From an uncultured bacterium (GTDB lineage Bacteria; Elusimicrobiota; Elusimicrobia; Elusimicrobiales; Elusimicrobiaceae), in NCBI GenBank assembly GCA_949296525.1, contig CASFOP010000005.1, positions 13,519 through 77,518 on the forward strand: a stretch of DNA of 64,000 bases, given 5' to 3'. Each line of letters begins with the position of its first letter. Within the stretch, counting starts at the first letter, position 1. The notes beneath the pieces are model-generated. The model was not told where the DNA came from and searched no databases. It saw nothing but the letters and a program-made list of their open reading frames with translations. Positions 53,129 to 62,380 of this stretch are shown here, one piece after another. The position numbers and the translations under genes were made by a program.

Positions 53129-55573
53129 TTAAAGGCCGGACTCATCGGCTACCGGCACAGAAACCTCCGCGGCGGCCTCCTCAGGCAGGCTGTCCCCAGG
53201 GGGAAGCCCTTCACTCTGTCCGGCGGGCAAAGTTCCTTCCGCCGTTTCTTCTTTCTTTTTAAATAAACCAAAGAAGCCTCCCAGGGTCTTTTTAACGCCA
53301 CGGCTGACAAAGTTATTGCCCACCCCCTGCGTTACCAGCGATGTTACCGAGGAGGCCATGCTCATGCTGCCTTTCGGCTCATCCAGCGTGCCGCCTATGC
53401 CCAGCGTCAGCGGCATGATGCCGTCCTCATAATGTTTGCCGGGGGCGGCATTGACTTTCAGATCCAGCGCCTGCGTCCGGAAATCCATGTTGCCCGTCAG
53501 GTTAAAAGAGATTAAGTCGGATACAAACGTCCCCTTTTTAATATCTGCACTCCCGTCGGTAAATGTCATATCCGTGGAAAAAAGTTCAAAGGCCAGCCGC
53601 CCGTCCACTTTCTGATCCGTATAAGGCACCATGATTTGGATGTCACTTCCGTTTTCGTCCTTGACGGTTTGCACGACCATATCGGCCGGCTTATCCCCTT
53701 TGTCAGACACCGCAGCCACTACTCCGCTCCCCAAACCGTTCAATACGGAAAACACATTTAAACTGTTAATGGCCTTGCTGACCGCACTTAATGAGCCAAA
53801 CATCACTTTGGTCAATATGTTGGCATTGGTCAGTTTGTTTAAATCCTTTATTTCCCCTTTTCCCGTTTCCAAGGCCAGCTCCCCATGGGCCCGGTCCAGT
53901 GCCGGGGTCAGGCCCTGCAAATCCGCGGCAAAATGGATATCATTGCCCCAAATATACGGAGCGTCCAGAGAGCCTATATCCGCTTTGGCCTTTAAATTAA
54001 CAGGCGGCAGGGCAAATGCGGCGCTGCCGCTGCGTGCGGGAACCTGTCCCCCGGCAGAGGGGAGTTCCGTTTGCGCCGAATCCGTTTCCAGCGCGGGCAG
54101 GGCCAGGCGCGGCGAACGGAATGCCACCTCGGCATCTACAACTTGCCCGTTATAGGCTGCGGCCAGGCTGCCGTCAAAATCCCCGCCGTTTAACTTTCCG
54201 GAAAAAGCGGGTATTTGCAAATCTTTCAAATCCGTCAGCACGGCACGCATACGGAAATCGGACAAAGTGCCCGCATAAGGCAACACCGCGCCCACTGCTT
54301 CCAGCGACACATCCGCAGAGGCCGTGGACGGCGTACCCTGCGCCGTACCGCTTACGCTGCCGCGCGGGCGGTATGCAGCCAGGGCGGCCAGTGCTTCCCC
54401 CGCCGCCTGCAAATCCGCTTTAAACGAGCCGGACAGGTTAAAATCCAGCTCCGGCGCCCAGGTAACGGTGCCGGAGGACGAAATAAAAGAGTTTAACCCC
54501 TGCGCGGTAAACGAAGATATGTCCGCCCGGTTTTCTCCCCAGTTGGCTGTGGCCGACACAAAAACGGAGGCGTCCGGCAGGACAATATCCGGCGCAGAGA
54601 CTGTGCCGGAAGAATATACGGCAGCGGAATGTATGTGCGCTTCTAACGACGAAATATCCGCCCGCTGCGCGGCCAAATCCGCCGACGCCGCCAGGCGCAC
54701 GGAGGCCCCGTTAACCGCAAAGGCCGGCACATCCGGCACGGCAAAGCGCAACAAGGCGTCTGATAGTTTTTTACCGTCCAACTGCAGGGTTGCGGAAGGA
54801 TTTTCTAAATTTTGCACCGTCCCTTCCGCCACAAAAACGCCGCCTTCATGTTTCAGCACCAACCGTTTGACATGCAAAGAGGCGGCCGCCAAATCCAAAT
54901 TTTTCAAATCCGGCCACACGGTCAGGCCCAGCTGCACCGTTTGCGCGGGCACCCGGGGCGCCTGATACGTCAGGGCCGCATTGACGCTGACGGGGAACTG
55001 CCCGTCAAACCCAAAGTTATGTGCCGAAAAAAACAACCCGCCGATTTCCGCCGACTGCCCCTTTTGCTCATCGGTAAACAAAATATGTCCGTTGGTCAGG
55101 CGCAGCTGACGAACATTCAAATTTAAGCCAAAAGGCTTGCCCTCTTCCGCCGCAGCAGGCTCTGCGGCCGCCTCCCCCGCGCCGAACAGGCCGTCAAAAT
55201 TAAATGTCCCGTCTGCATAGCGGATAACATGCACCTCCAGCCCGTTTAAAATAGCGGCATATACAACTATTTTGCCGCGCAGCAGCTGGGCCAGACTCCA
55301 GCGCAAATGTACATTTTGCATACGCAGCAATGCTCCCGCCTCTTCCGCAGAGGCGGAAGAAGCCACTTCCACGCCATGCAGATCCAGCCCCGTCCAACGC
55401 GCTGAAATATCCTGTACTTGCACGGGGCGCCCGGCAGCCCGGCTTATTTCTTTTTGTAAAAAATCCTGCACCGGCTGCCACGGCAGCAGCCAATGGAAAA
55501 ACACCTGTACCGACAGCCACAGCCCTCCAGCCGCGGCCAGTACAACATATAATACGTCACATGCTTTTTTCAT
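53129..55573 (-). CDS. AsmA-like envelope protein
   Basis: 814 aa with a single N-terminal TM anchor, a long repetitive beta-rich body and a C-terminal charged tail. Confidence 0.55.
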   Translation of the reverse strand: MKKACDVLYVVLAAAGGLWLSVQVFFHWLLPWQPVQDFLQKEISRAAGRPVQVQDISARWTGLDLHGVEVASSASAEEAGALLRMQNVHLRWSLAQLLRGKIVVYAAILNGLEVHVIRYADGTFNFDGLFGAGEAAAEPAAAEEGKPFGLNLNVRQLRLTNGHILFTDEQKGQSAEIGGLFFSAHNFGFDGQFPVSVNAALTYQAPRVPAQTVQLGLTVWPDLKNLDLAAASLHVKRLVLKHEGGVFVAEGTVQNLENPSATLQLDGKKLSDALLRFAVPDVPAFAVNGASVRLAASADLAAQRADISSLEAHIHSAAVYSSGTVSAPDIVLPDASVFVSATANWGENRADISSFTAQGLNSFISSSGTVTWAPELDFNLSGSFKADLQAAGEALAALAAYRPRGSVSGTAQGTPSTASADVSLEAVGAVLPYAGTLSDFRMRAVLTDLKDLQIPAFSGKLNGGDFDGSLAAAYNGQVVDAEVAFRSPRLALPALETDSAQTELPSAGGQVPARSGSAAFALPPVNLKAKADIGSLDAPYIWGNDIHFAADLQGLTPALDRAHGELALETGKGEIKDLNKLTNANILTKVMFGSLSAVSKAINSLNVFSVLNGLGSGVVAAVSDKGDKPADMVVQTVKDENGSDIQIMVPYTDQKVDGRLAFELFSTDMTFTDGSADIKKGTFVSDLISFNLTGNMDFRTQALDLKVNAAPGKHYEDGIMPLTLGIGGTLDEPKGSMSMASSVTSLVTQGVGNNFVSRGVKKTLGGFFGLFKKKEETAEGTLPAGQSEGLPPGDSLPEEAAAEVSVPVADESGL

Positions 55574-56120
55574 TTTTTACCGAGCGGCGGCTATAAATGC
55601 AGCCGCAATATTTCTGGCTGTAAATCTGCATTTCCTTCATCAGGGCGGCGCGTAACTGTTCCGTGCCTCCTTTACGCCAGTTGGTCATATCATACGCTAT
55701 GCCCGCCGCCTGCGCGGCATTTTGCGCGGCAGCATTTACCTGGTTTAAATCTTTATAGCGCGAAATGCCCAATACCGAAGAAAACGCCGTAAAGCCGTGC
55801 TCTTTGGCATACCGCGCGGCCTGCTTTAAGCGCAACTCAAAACACACAGTGCAACGTTTGCCACGCTCCGGCTCATTCTCCAGTCCCCGTACAGCCTGAT
55901 GCCAAACTTCGGGCTCATACGGCAGCTGCACAAACGGCACGTTAAAACGCATACAGACGCGTTTGTTCTCTTCCAAACGTTTTTGATATTCCTCTTCCGG
56001 AGTGACATTTGGATTATAAAACAATACCGTAAATTTGCGCCCCCGGGCGGCCAGTTGTTGGATAACGCCGCAGGAACACGGGGCGCAGCAGGACAAAAGC
56101 AATAGTTTTTCTTCGGGCAT
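55557..56120 (-). CDS. queH: Epoxyqueuosine reductase QueH (DUF208)
   Basis: Motifs seen: LLLSCCAPCS, FYNPN, C-x2-C (RCTVC), and a terminal YCGC. Confidence 0.85.
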   Translation of the reverse strand: MPEEKLLLLSCCAPCSCGVIQQLAARGRKFTVLFYNPNVTPEEEYQKRLEENKRVCMRFNVPFVQLPYEPEVWHQAVRGLENEPERGKRCTVCFELRLKQAARYAKEHGFTAFSSVLGISRYKDLNQVNAAAQNAAQAAGIAYDMTNWRKGGTEQLRAALMKEMQIYSQKYCGCIYSRRSVKNEKSM

Positions 56121-56175
56121 GATAAAATTATAGCAGTTTCCCGCCCGGCAGAAACAAGGCGCAAAACACTACATC

Positions 56176-56733
56176 TTACCAACAATAGAAAACAAACCCG
56201 GAGGTTTCTTCGTCTATTTGCCCGTTATAGTTACAGGCCTCTGCCCCATGGCTCCGGCCCAGGTTTATACAACGCCCGTCGGAAAGGGGGCACTGCAGGA
56301 CAAACTGCCGCCGGCCGTTCCTTTCTTCGTAAACCAAACGGGCCAAGCTCCCGGAGGTCCAATAAAAATTGGCCCAGGCAGCACGGCTGCGCAGCACCAA
56401 ATTAAACCTCCGTCCGCCGCATGTAACGGCGCACAGGCTGCTGTCCTGGCAGCTGTCCCAGTTATCGGCCGGGATGCTAACAGACAGATCCGAAAAATGG
56501 AAATAACTGCCGTCCAAATCCTCTTTATTCGGGACGGGATAGCCCCCTTGTTCCATAGCCGCCACGGCCTGGGCCTGCACCAGGCTGCGCAGTATGGGCA
56601 TCACACAGGAGACAGCCGCTTTGTCCGCGGCACGCTGGTATTGGGGAAAAGCCACGGCAGCCAAAATACCAATGATTAAAACCACCACTAACAGCTCTAT
56701 TAGGGTAAATGCGGCGTTTTTCTTATTTTTCAT
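56176..56733 (-). CDS. Prepilin-type pilin-like protein (Ala at -1)
   Basis: The N-terminus is MKNKKNAA|FTLIELLVVVLIIGILAA. The C-terminal half is Cys-rich, and the conserved promoter cassette lies upstream. Confidence 0.8.
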   Translation of the reverse strand: MKNKKNAAFTLIELLVVVLIIGILAAVAFPQYQRAADKAAVSCVMPILRSLVQAQAVAAMEQGGYPVPNKEDLDGSYFHFSDLSVSIPADNWDSCQDSSLCAVTCGGRRFNLVLRSRAAWANFYWTSGSLARLVYEERNGRRQFVLQCPLSDGRCINLGRSHGAEACNYNGQIDEETSGFVFYCW

Positions 56734-56739
56734 GCGAAA

Positions 56740-56767
56740 AGTGTATCAAAAAAAAAAAACAGGTCAA
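56740..56767 (-). promoter_or_regulatory. Pilin cassette promoter TTGACC-TG-T12-GA-TACACT, 6 nt before the ATG
   Basis: -10 at 56740-56745, homopolymer at 56748-56759, -35 at 56762-56767. Confidence 0.55.
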
Positions 56768-56964
56768 GGCCCGGCGATTAAACGACAAACAGAAAACAGC
56801 CCGCCGCATAGCGGCCCCAACAATTTCCTTTGGGGTTTCCGCCCCGCCGGCCCTTTTCGGGATAAGGAAGGCCCTATTCCAAAAAGATCCCGCACCGGCC
56901 CGTACGGGGCCGCCCACAGGCCCAGCGGCAGGAGAAACCGCCTTTTATTTGCTAAAATAACTTT

Positions 56965-57576
56965 ATGATTGCATACCTCCAAGGCCAAATCCTGGAAACG
57001 CGCGAAGAATCCGTCATCATCGTGTGCGGCGGCGTGGGTTATGAAGTAAACATGACCAAAAGCAGCGCCGCCGAACTGGAAGCCGGACGCGAGGCCGCGC
57101 TGTATATCGCCGAGTCCATTTCCCCGTATGACGGCACGGTGCTGTATGGGTTTTTGTCCAAAGAGGATAAAGAATTGTGGACGCTGTTTAAGACCGCCAT
57201 CCCAAATACGGGAGCCAAAAAAGCGCTGGAATTTTTAAACAAGGCCCTGCGCTCGGTGGCGGATTTCCATGCGGCTATTATCAAACGCGACCCGAAAATT
57301 TTGACGGGCATCTTCGGCTTTACGGCCAAAACGGCCGAAAAGCTCATCACCTCGCTCAAAGACAAGATGGACGCCGTCAGCGTACAGGGCGCCGGCAAAA
57401 TTAAAGTTTTGGACGACGCGCCGTATATGAGCGGCGTGCTGGAAGCGCTGATCGCGCTGGGCTATTCCGCGCCGGAAAGCCGCCGTGCCATAGAACAGCT
57501 GTATCACGAAGGGATAAATCCCAACGATAAAATTGAAAACATTATTAAAGAAGCTTTGCGGGTGCTGAAAAAATGA
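56965..57576 (+). CDS. ruvA: Holliday junction branch migration complex subunit RuvA
   Basis: MIAYLQGQI ... VGYEV, helix-hairpin-helix region, and a C-terminal domain III. Confidence 0.9.
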   Translation: MIAYLQGQILETREESVIIVCGGVGYEVNMTKSSAAELEAGREAALYIAESISPYDGTVLYGFLSKEDKELWTLFKTAIPNTGAKKALEFLNKALRSVADFHAAIIKRDPKILTGIFGFTAKTAEKLITSLKDKMDAVSVQGAGKIKVLDDAPYMSGVLEALIALGYSAPESRRAIEQLYHEGINPNDKIENIIKEALRVLKK

Positions 57577-58595
57577 ACAACCAAAACGAAGTCCTGGACG
57601 TCAACCAGCTGGCCGAAGAATCCAACGGCCTGGAAGCGGCGTTGCGCCCGGGCACATTGGACGAATTTGTCGGCCAGGACAAACTCAAAGAAAACCTGCG
57701 CATTTTTATTGAGGCCGCCCGCACCCGCGGCGAAGCGCTGGACCACTGTCTGTTTTACTCTCCCCCGGGCCTGGGCAAAACCACGTTGGCCAATATTTTA
57801 GCCAAAGAAATGGGCGTAAACATTAAAACCACTTCCGGCCCCGTACTGGCGCGCCCCGGAGATTTGGCCGCCATGCTGACGACGGAACTTTCCGACGGGG
57901 ATATCCTGTTTGTGGACGAAATACACCGCCTAAACCCCGCCGTGGAGGAGGCCCTGTACCCGGCCATGGAAGATTTCACATTTTTTATCAACACCGGCAA
58001 AGGCGCCGGCTCCACCACGCTGAAACTGGCCGTACCGAAATTTACGCTTGTGGGCGCCACCACCCGATCGGGCTTGCTTACGGGCCCGCTGCGCGACCGC
58101 TTCGGCATTGTATTTAATTTAGGTTTTTATGAGATAAAAGAAATTACCGATATTCTGGCCCGCTCGGCCCGCCTGCTTAACATCGCAGCCGACCGCGAGG
58201 GCCTGACGGAGCTGGCCAAACGCTCCCGCGGCACGCCGCGCATCGCCAACCGGCTTTTGCGCCGCGCGCGGGATTTTGCACAGGTCAAAGGCAACGGCGT
58301 CATCACGCGTGACATTGCCGTAACGGCCATGAACTCTTTGGATATTGACGCCGAAGGCCTGGACAGCGTGGACAAGCGCATTTTGGAAGCGTTGATAGAC
58401 CGCTTCGGCGGAGGACCGGTGGGCGTGGAAAACCTGGCCATTGCCGTATCCGAAGCTGTGGACACGCTAACCGACGCCATAGAGCCTTACCTCATTAAAG
58501 CCGGTTTTATCGCCCGCACGCCGCGCGGCCGCGTAGCCACCAAAAAAGCCTATGACCATTTGGGTAAGAAACGCGGCGAAGGGTTGCTGTTTTAA
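57573..58595 (+). CDS. ruvB: Holliday junction ATP-dependent DNA helicase RuvB
   Basis: It has Walker [12 protein letters not shown], Walker B LFVDEIH and the sensor motif GATTR. Confidence 0.95.
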   Translation: MNNQNEVLDVNQLAEESNGLEAALRPGTLDEFVGQDKLKENLRIFIEAARTRGEALDHCLFYSPPGLGKTTLANILAKEMGVNIKTTSGPVLARPGDLAAMLTTELSDGDILFVDEIHRLNPAVEEALYPAMEDFTFFINTGKGAGSTTLKLAVPKFTLVGATTRSGLLTGPLRDRFGIVFNLGFYEIKEITDILARSARLLNIAADREGLTELAKRSRGTPRIANRLLRRARDFAQVKGNGVITRDIAVTAMNSLDIDAEGLDSVDKRILEALIDRFGGGPVGVENLAIAVSEAVDTLTDAIEPYLIKAGFIARTPRGRVATKKAYDHLGKKRGEGLLF

Positions 58596-59714
58596 ATGAA
58601 GAAAATCTTGCTTGCTGTTTTTCTGGCCTCTTTTGCGCTGCCCGCCTGCGCCGGGCAGACTGTGCGCATTTTGCTGGCGGAAAATCTGAAAAACGCCCAA
58701 ATACAAAGTTCCGGCCTGGTGTATATATACGCAAAAAACAGCAAGAAAAAATATAAAGTCAGCAAACCGGAAACCATCACCGTACAATCCACAGGCAACG
58801 GAACCGTGCGTATCGGCGCTTTAAAATACCGGGGGACACTGGTTATCGAACCCAGTAAAAACGTTACTTTAGCTTTTCAAAAAAATACCTATACGGGCAA
58901 ACTCTATGCCGTGCCAAACGGTAAGACTTTTAAAATCATAGAATACGCAGATATGGAAAATTACCTGCTGGGCGTGCTGCCGTATGAAATGAGCCCTTCC
59001 TGGCCGCTGGAAGCCTTAAAGGCGCAGGCAGTGGCCGCACGCACCTATACGCTGATGGAAGTGCAGCGGCGCCAAAATGCCGAGTTTGATGTATATGATG
59101 ACGTACGCAGTCAAATGTACAAAGGCTCCGGGAAAGTGTATGACAGCGTGTGCCAGGCCGTTACTGCCACCGAAAATCAAATTTTAACGTATAAAGGCCG
59201 GCCGTTTTACACCTATTACCATGCCAACTGCGGCGGCGGCACCGATGACGCCAAAAGCTGGACAGGCTCCAAAGATGCCACGATAAAACCTCTCCGGGGC
59301 GCTTCCTGCTCCACCGACAGGCACAGCAAAAGCTATTCCTGGACGCATAAAGTGCCGCAAAAATCCATCAATAATTTTGTCAACAGAAATGGCCTAAAAG
59401 GTTCCGTCAAAAAAATAAAAGTGGCCAAAAAGAGCCGCACCAAACGCGCCGAAACACTAGAGTTTATTACCAATAAGGGCAAGAAGGAACTTTCCTGCCC
59501 CAAATTCCGCCTGGCCGTGGGCAGCAGCGTGCTGCGCAGCTGCAAAATCACGGATATAGACAAAAGCGCAGGCGGATTTACATTTTCCGGCCGCGGCTAC
59601 GGCCACGGCGTAGGTTTGTGCCAGGACGGGGCCAAAGGCATGGCCGAAGACGGTAAAAATTATAAAAAGATTTTGGACAAATATTTTCCTTCCTCCAAAA
59701 TAACCAAACAATAA
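58596..59714 (+). CDS. SpoIID/LytB-domain protein
   Basis: It has a signal peptide, then YLLGVLPYEMSPSWPLEALKAQAVAARTY and GHGVGLCQ. Confidence 0.85.
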   Translation: MKKILLAVFLASFALPACAGQTVRILLAENLKNAQIQSSGLVYIYAKNSKKKYKVSKPETITVQSTGNGTVRIGALKYRGTLVIEPSKNVTLAFQKNTYTGKLYAVPNGKTFKIIEYADMENYLLGVLPYEMSPSWPLEALKAQAVAARTYTLMEVQRRQNAEFDVYDDVRSQMYKGSGKVYDSVCQAVTATENQILTYKGRPFYTYYHANCGGGTDDAKSWTGSKDATIKPLRGASCSTDRHSKSYSWTHKVPQKSINNFVNRNGLKGSVKKIKVAKKSRTKRAETLEFITNKGKKELSCPKFRLAVGSSVLRSCKITDIDKSAGGFTFSGRGYGHGVGLCQDGAKGMAEDGKNYKKILDKYFPSSKITKQ

Positions 59715-59715
59715 T

Positions 59716-60750
59716 ATGGCATTTGAACGATTCAAAAAATTCAACATTGACCCCCTCATCGCCAAGCAGCCCGCCACTCCGCGCGACAGCGCGCGGCTGA
59801 TGGTATTGCACCGCGACAGCCAAATCATAGAACACCGCATTTTCCGTGACATACACGAATATTTTAATGCCGGGGACGTGCTGGTGCTTAACAACACCAA
59901 AGTTTTCCCCGCCAAACTGTTTGCACATAAAAAAACAGGCGGTAAAGTGGAAATTTTGCTGGTGCGCCCGCAAAAAGACCCGCATGTATGGACGGTGCTG
60001 ACGCGCGATTACAAAGAAAACGCAGAACTGGATTTCGGCAACGGCTTAAGCGGCAAAATGCTGGGCAAAACCGACAACAACGAAGTTTTGGTACAGTTTA
60101 ATCAGGAAGACATTTTGCCTTTTTGTCACGCACACGGTTTGATGCCGTTACCCGTATATATTGAAAAAGCCCGCAAGCATGAAGGCATGTCCCCCAGCCT
60201 GGCCGGCGACAAAGAACGCTATCAAACCGTATACGCCAAATATGAGGGATCCATCGCAGCACCGACGGCGGGGTTTCACTTTACCGAAGGACTTCTGCAA
60301 AAGCTAAAAGACAAAAGGGTGCAAATTGCTTACATTACCCTGCATGTGGGCTGGGGCACCTTTAAACCCCTGCGCGGGGAACCGCAGCAGCACCACATGC
60401 TGGCCGAACTGGCCGAAGTGCCGCCTGAAACGGCCGCAACCGTCAATGCGGCGCGCGCGGCAGGAAAACGCATTTTTTCCGTCGGCACCACCAGCACACG
60501 CACGCTGGAAAGTTTTACCGAAAACGGCCTTACTTCCGCCGGCAAAAAATGGACGGACCTGTTTATTTACCCGGGATATCAATTTAAAGCCATAAACTGC
60601 TTTATTACCAACTTTCATTTCCCGGATTCCACCCCTCTATGTATGGTAACGGCGTTTGCCGATGAAGATTTTATTTACCGTGCGTACAGCGAGGCCGTAG
60701 AAAAAAAATACCGCTTTTACTCGTTTGGCGACAGTATGCTGATACTGTGA
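59716..60750 (+). CDS. queA: S-adenosylmethionine:tRNA ribosyltransferase-isomerase
   Basis: Motifs seen: DSARLMVL, VLNNTKVFPA, YQTVYA, SIAAPTAGFHF, VGTTSTRTLES. Confidence 0.9.
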   Translation: MAFERFKKFNIDPLIAKQPATPRDSARLMVLHRDSQIIEHRIFRDIHEYFNAGDVLVLNNTKVFPAKLFAHKKTGGKVEILLVRPQKDPHVWTVLTRDYKENAELDFGNGLSGKMLGKTDNNEVLVQFNQEDILPFCHAHGLMPLPVYIEKARKHEGMSPSLAGDKERYQTVYAKYEGSIAAPTAGFHFTEGLLQKLKDKRVQIAYITLHVGWGTFKPLRGEPQQHHMLAELAEVPPETAATVNAARAAGKRIFSVGTTSTRTLESFTENGLTSAGKKWTDLFIYPGYQFKAINCFITNFHFPDSTPLCMVTAFADEDFIYRAYSEAVEKKYRFYSFGDSMLIL

Positions 60751-61021
60751 TGTCCTGCCCAGCCTCAGCCGGTTGCGGCGGCGGTCGGCCTTGTAAGATT
60801 GTGCATACGAATATTCTCGTCTCCGTGTTTATTACATATGTAAATGGCGCAAAGGAGTATATTTTTTCACTGTTGCCAAAACTTATCGAATTTCTCCTCT
60901 TTTCTTCTATTTGCCCCTGCCGGCAAAACCCGGCTTTTTACAAGCCCGTCAATATAAGTAAAAAAATAATCTAATTATTTTTTATACTTGATGTATTTTA
61001 ATTATTCTGTTATATATAGAT

Positions 61022-61120
61022 ATATAAAGCTGCTTTTCCGGGGGGAAAAGGGTGAGTTGTACCCATGTCGTAAAAGGGAACGTTATTTCCATGCCAACAC
61101 AGGAAAGAGGTTCCCTTTTT
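61022..61120 (+). other. Candidate short transcript or cis-regulatory leader between queA and tgt
   Basis: TTGATG-17 nt-TATATA (60987-61015, with TGn), then a 7-bp hairpin (61032-61049) and a long hairpin 61073-61116 followed by T6. Confidence 0.25.
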
Positions 61121-61191
61121 TATATTGTTACTGTGGGATTAAGCATCTTCCTTGCAGGACGGTCGTATAAAGCATATGATAAAATATATAT

Positions 61192-62352
61192 ATGATTTCC
61201 CCCTTTCATATCCTCACCAAAGACCCTGCCAGCAAAGCACGCACGGGTATTTTATACACCAAACACGGCGCGGTGCATACGCCGGTGTTTATGCCAGTGG
61301 CTACGCAGGCCAGCGTCAAAGCCCTTACTTCGGCCGACTTGCGCGAAGTACATGCTGAGTGCTTGCTGTCCAACACCTATCATTTATATTTGCGCCCCGG
61401 GACAAAAACCCTGCAGCAGCTGGGCGGCCTGCACAACTTTATGAAATGGGACGGAAGCATTTTGACCGATTCGGGAGGATTCCAAGTATACAGCCTGTCG
61501 CAGTTTCGCAAAATCAGCGAGGAAGGAGTCCTCTTCCGTTCCCACCACGACGGAAGCAAACATTTGTTCACGCCGGAAAATGTCATTGAATTTGAAAAAG
61601 AAATAGGCTCCGACATTTGGACGATGCTGGACGTATGCATCCACGCCAAGGATCCGGCCAAACACGAAGCGCGCCAGGCCCTGGAACAAACCAAACGCTG
61701 GGCCGAACGCGCGGCCAGACAATACCAAAAAACTGTCCCTGCGCAGAACATTACCCAAAACGCGGACGGCTCCTTCACGGTAGGCAATTCCCTGTTATTT
61801 GGCATTATACAGGGGGCCGTTTTCCCCGATTTACGCAAAGAAGCAGCCCTGCACATGGCTTCCCTGCCGACGCACGGCTATTGCATAGGCGGCCTGTCTT
61901 TGGGGGAAACACAACAGCAGATGAATGACTCCGTCCTGGCCGTCACGGACAACCTGCCCGAAGAAAAACCCCGCTATTTTATGGGGCTGGGTACGCCGGT
62001 GGAAATTTTAAACTGCGTGGAGCGCGGGGTGGATATGTTTGACTGTGTCTGGCCCACGCGCGTGGCGCGCAACGGGCTGGTGATGACGGAAGAAGGCCGC
62101 CTGAACATCAAAAACGCCTGCTTCCGTTTGGACGAACGGCCGCTGGACGAACGCTGCGACTGCTTTGCCTGCCGCAATTATTCGCGTGCTTATTTATGTC
62201 ATTTGTTCCGCAGCGGGGAGCTGACCAGCCACCGCCTGCTGTCCATGCACAATATCCGCTTTTTAACGCGTACTATGGAAAACATACGCCAAACTATAGA
62301 AAACGGCACATTTATGCAGTTTAAAGAGGCGTTTATCGCCAAATACCAGTAA
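61192..62352 (+). CDS. tgt: Queuine tRNA-ribosyltransferase (tRNA-guanine transglycosylase)
   Basis: Motifs seen: TPVFMPV, LTDSGGFQV, GGLSLGE, the zinc site C-x-C-x2-C (CDCFAC) and a downstream H. Confidence 0.95.
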   Translation: MISPFHILTKDPASKARTGILYTKHGAVHTPVFMPVATQASVKALTSADLREVHAECLLSNTYHLYLRPGTKTLQQLGGLHNFMKWDGSILTDSGGFQVYSLSQFRKISEEGVLFRSHHDGSKHLFTPENVIEFEKEIGSDIWTMLDVCIHAKDPAKHEARQALEQTKRWAERAARQYQKTVPAQNITQNADGSFTVGNSLLFGIIQGAVFPDLRKEAALHMASLPTHGYCIGGLSLGETQQQMNDSVLAVTDNLPEEKPRYFMGLGTPVEILNCVERGVDMFDCVWPTRVARNGLVMTEEGRLNIKNACFRLDERPLDERCDCFACRNYSRAYLCHLFRSGELTSHRLLSMHNIRFLTRTMENIRQTIENGTFMQFKEAFIAKYQ

Positions 62353-62380
62353 TACTCCCCCCGCACACGAACGGCTTTTG

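Noticed and set aside
61022-61120. Assignment of the queA-tgt element to a preQ1 riboswitch class.
   Set aside because: The queuosine context is tempting. However, I could not align the sequence to the preQ1-I/II consensus features I recall (a short P1 plus an A-rich tail forming an H-type pseudoknot). It stays a generic candidate only.
60747-61170. Two small ORFs (75 aa at 60747-60974 and 60 aa at 60988-61170) in the queA-tgt spacer.
   Set aside because: They lack ribosome-binding or leaderless-type start context and have odd Cys/Tyr/Phe-rich composition. The second is crossed by the promoter and terminator signals described in the findings. I treat them as noncoding.
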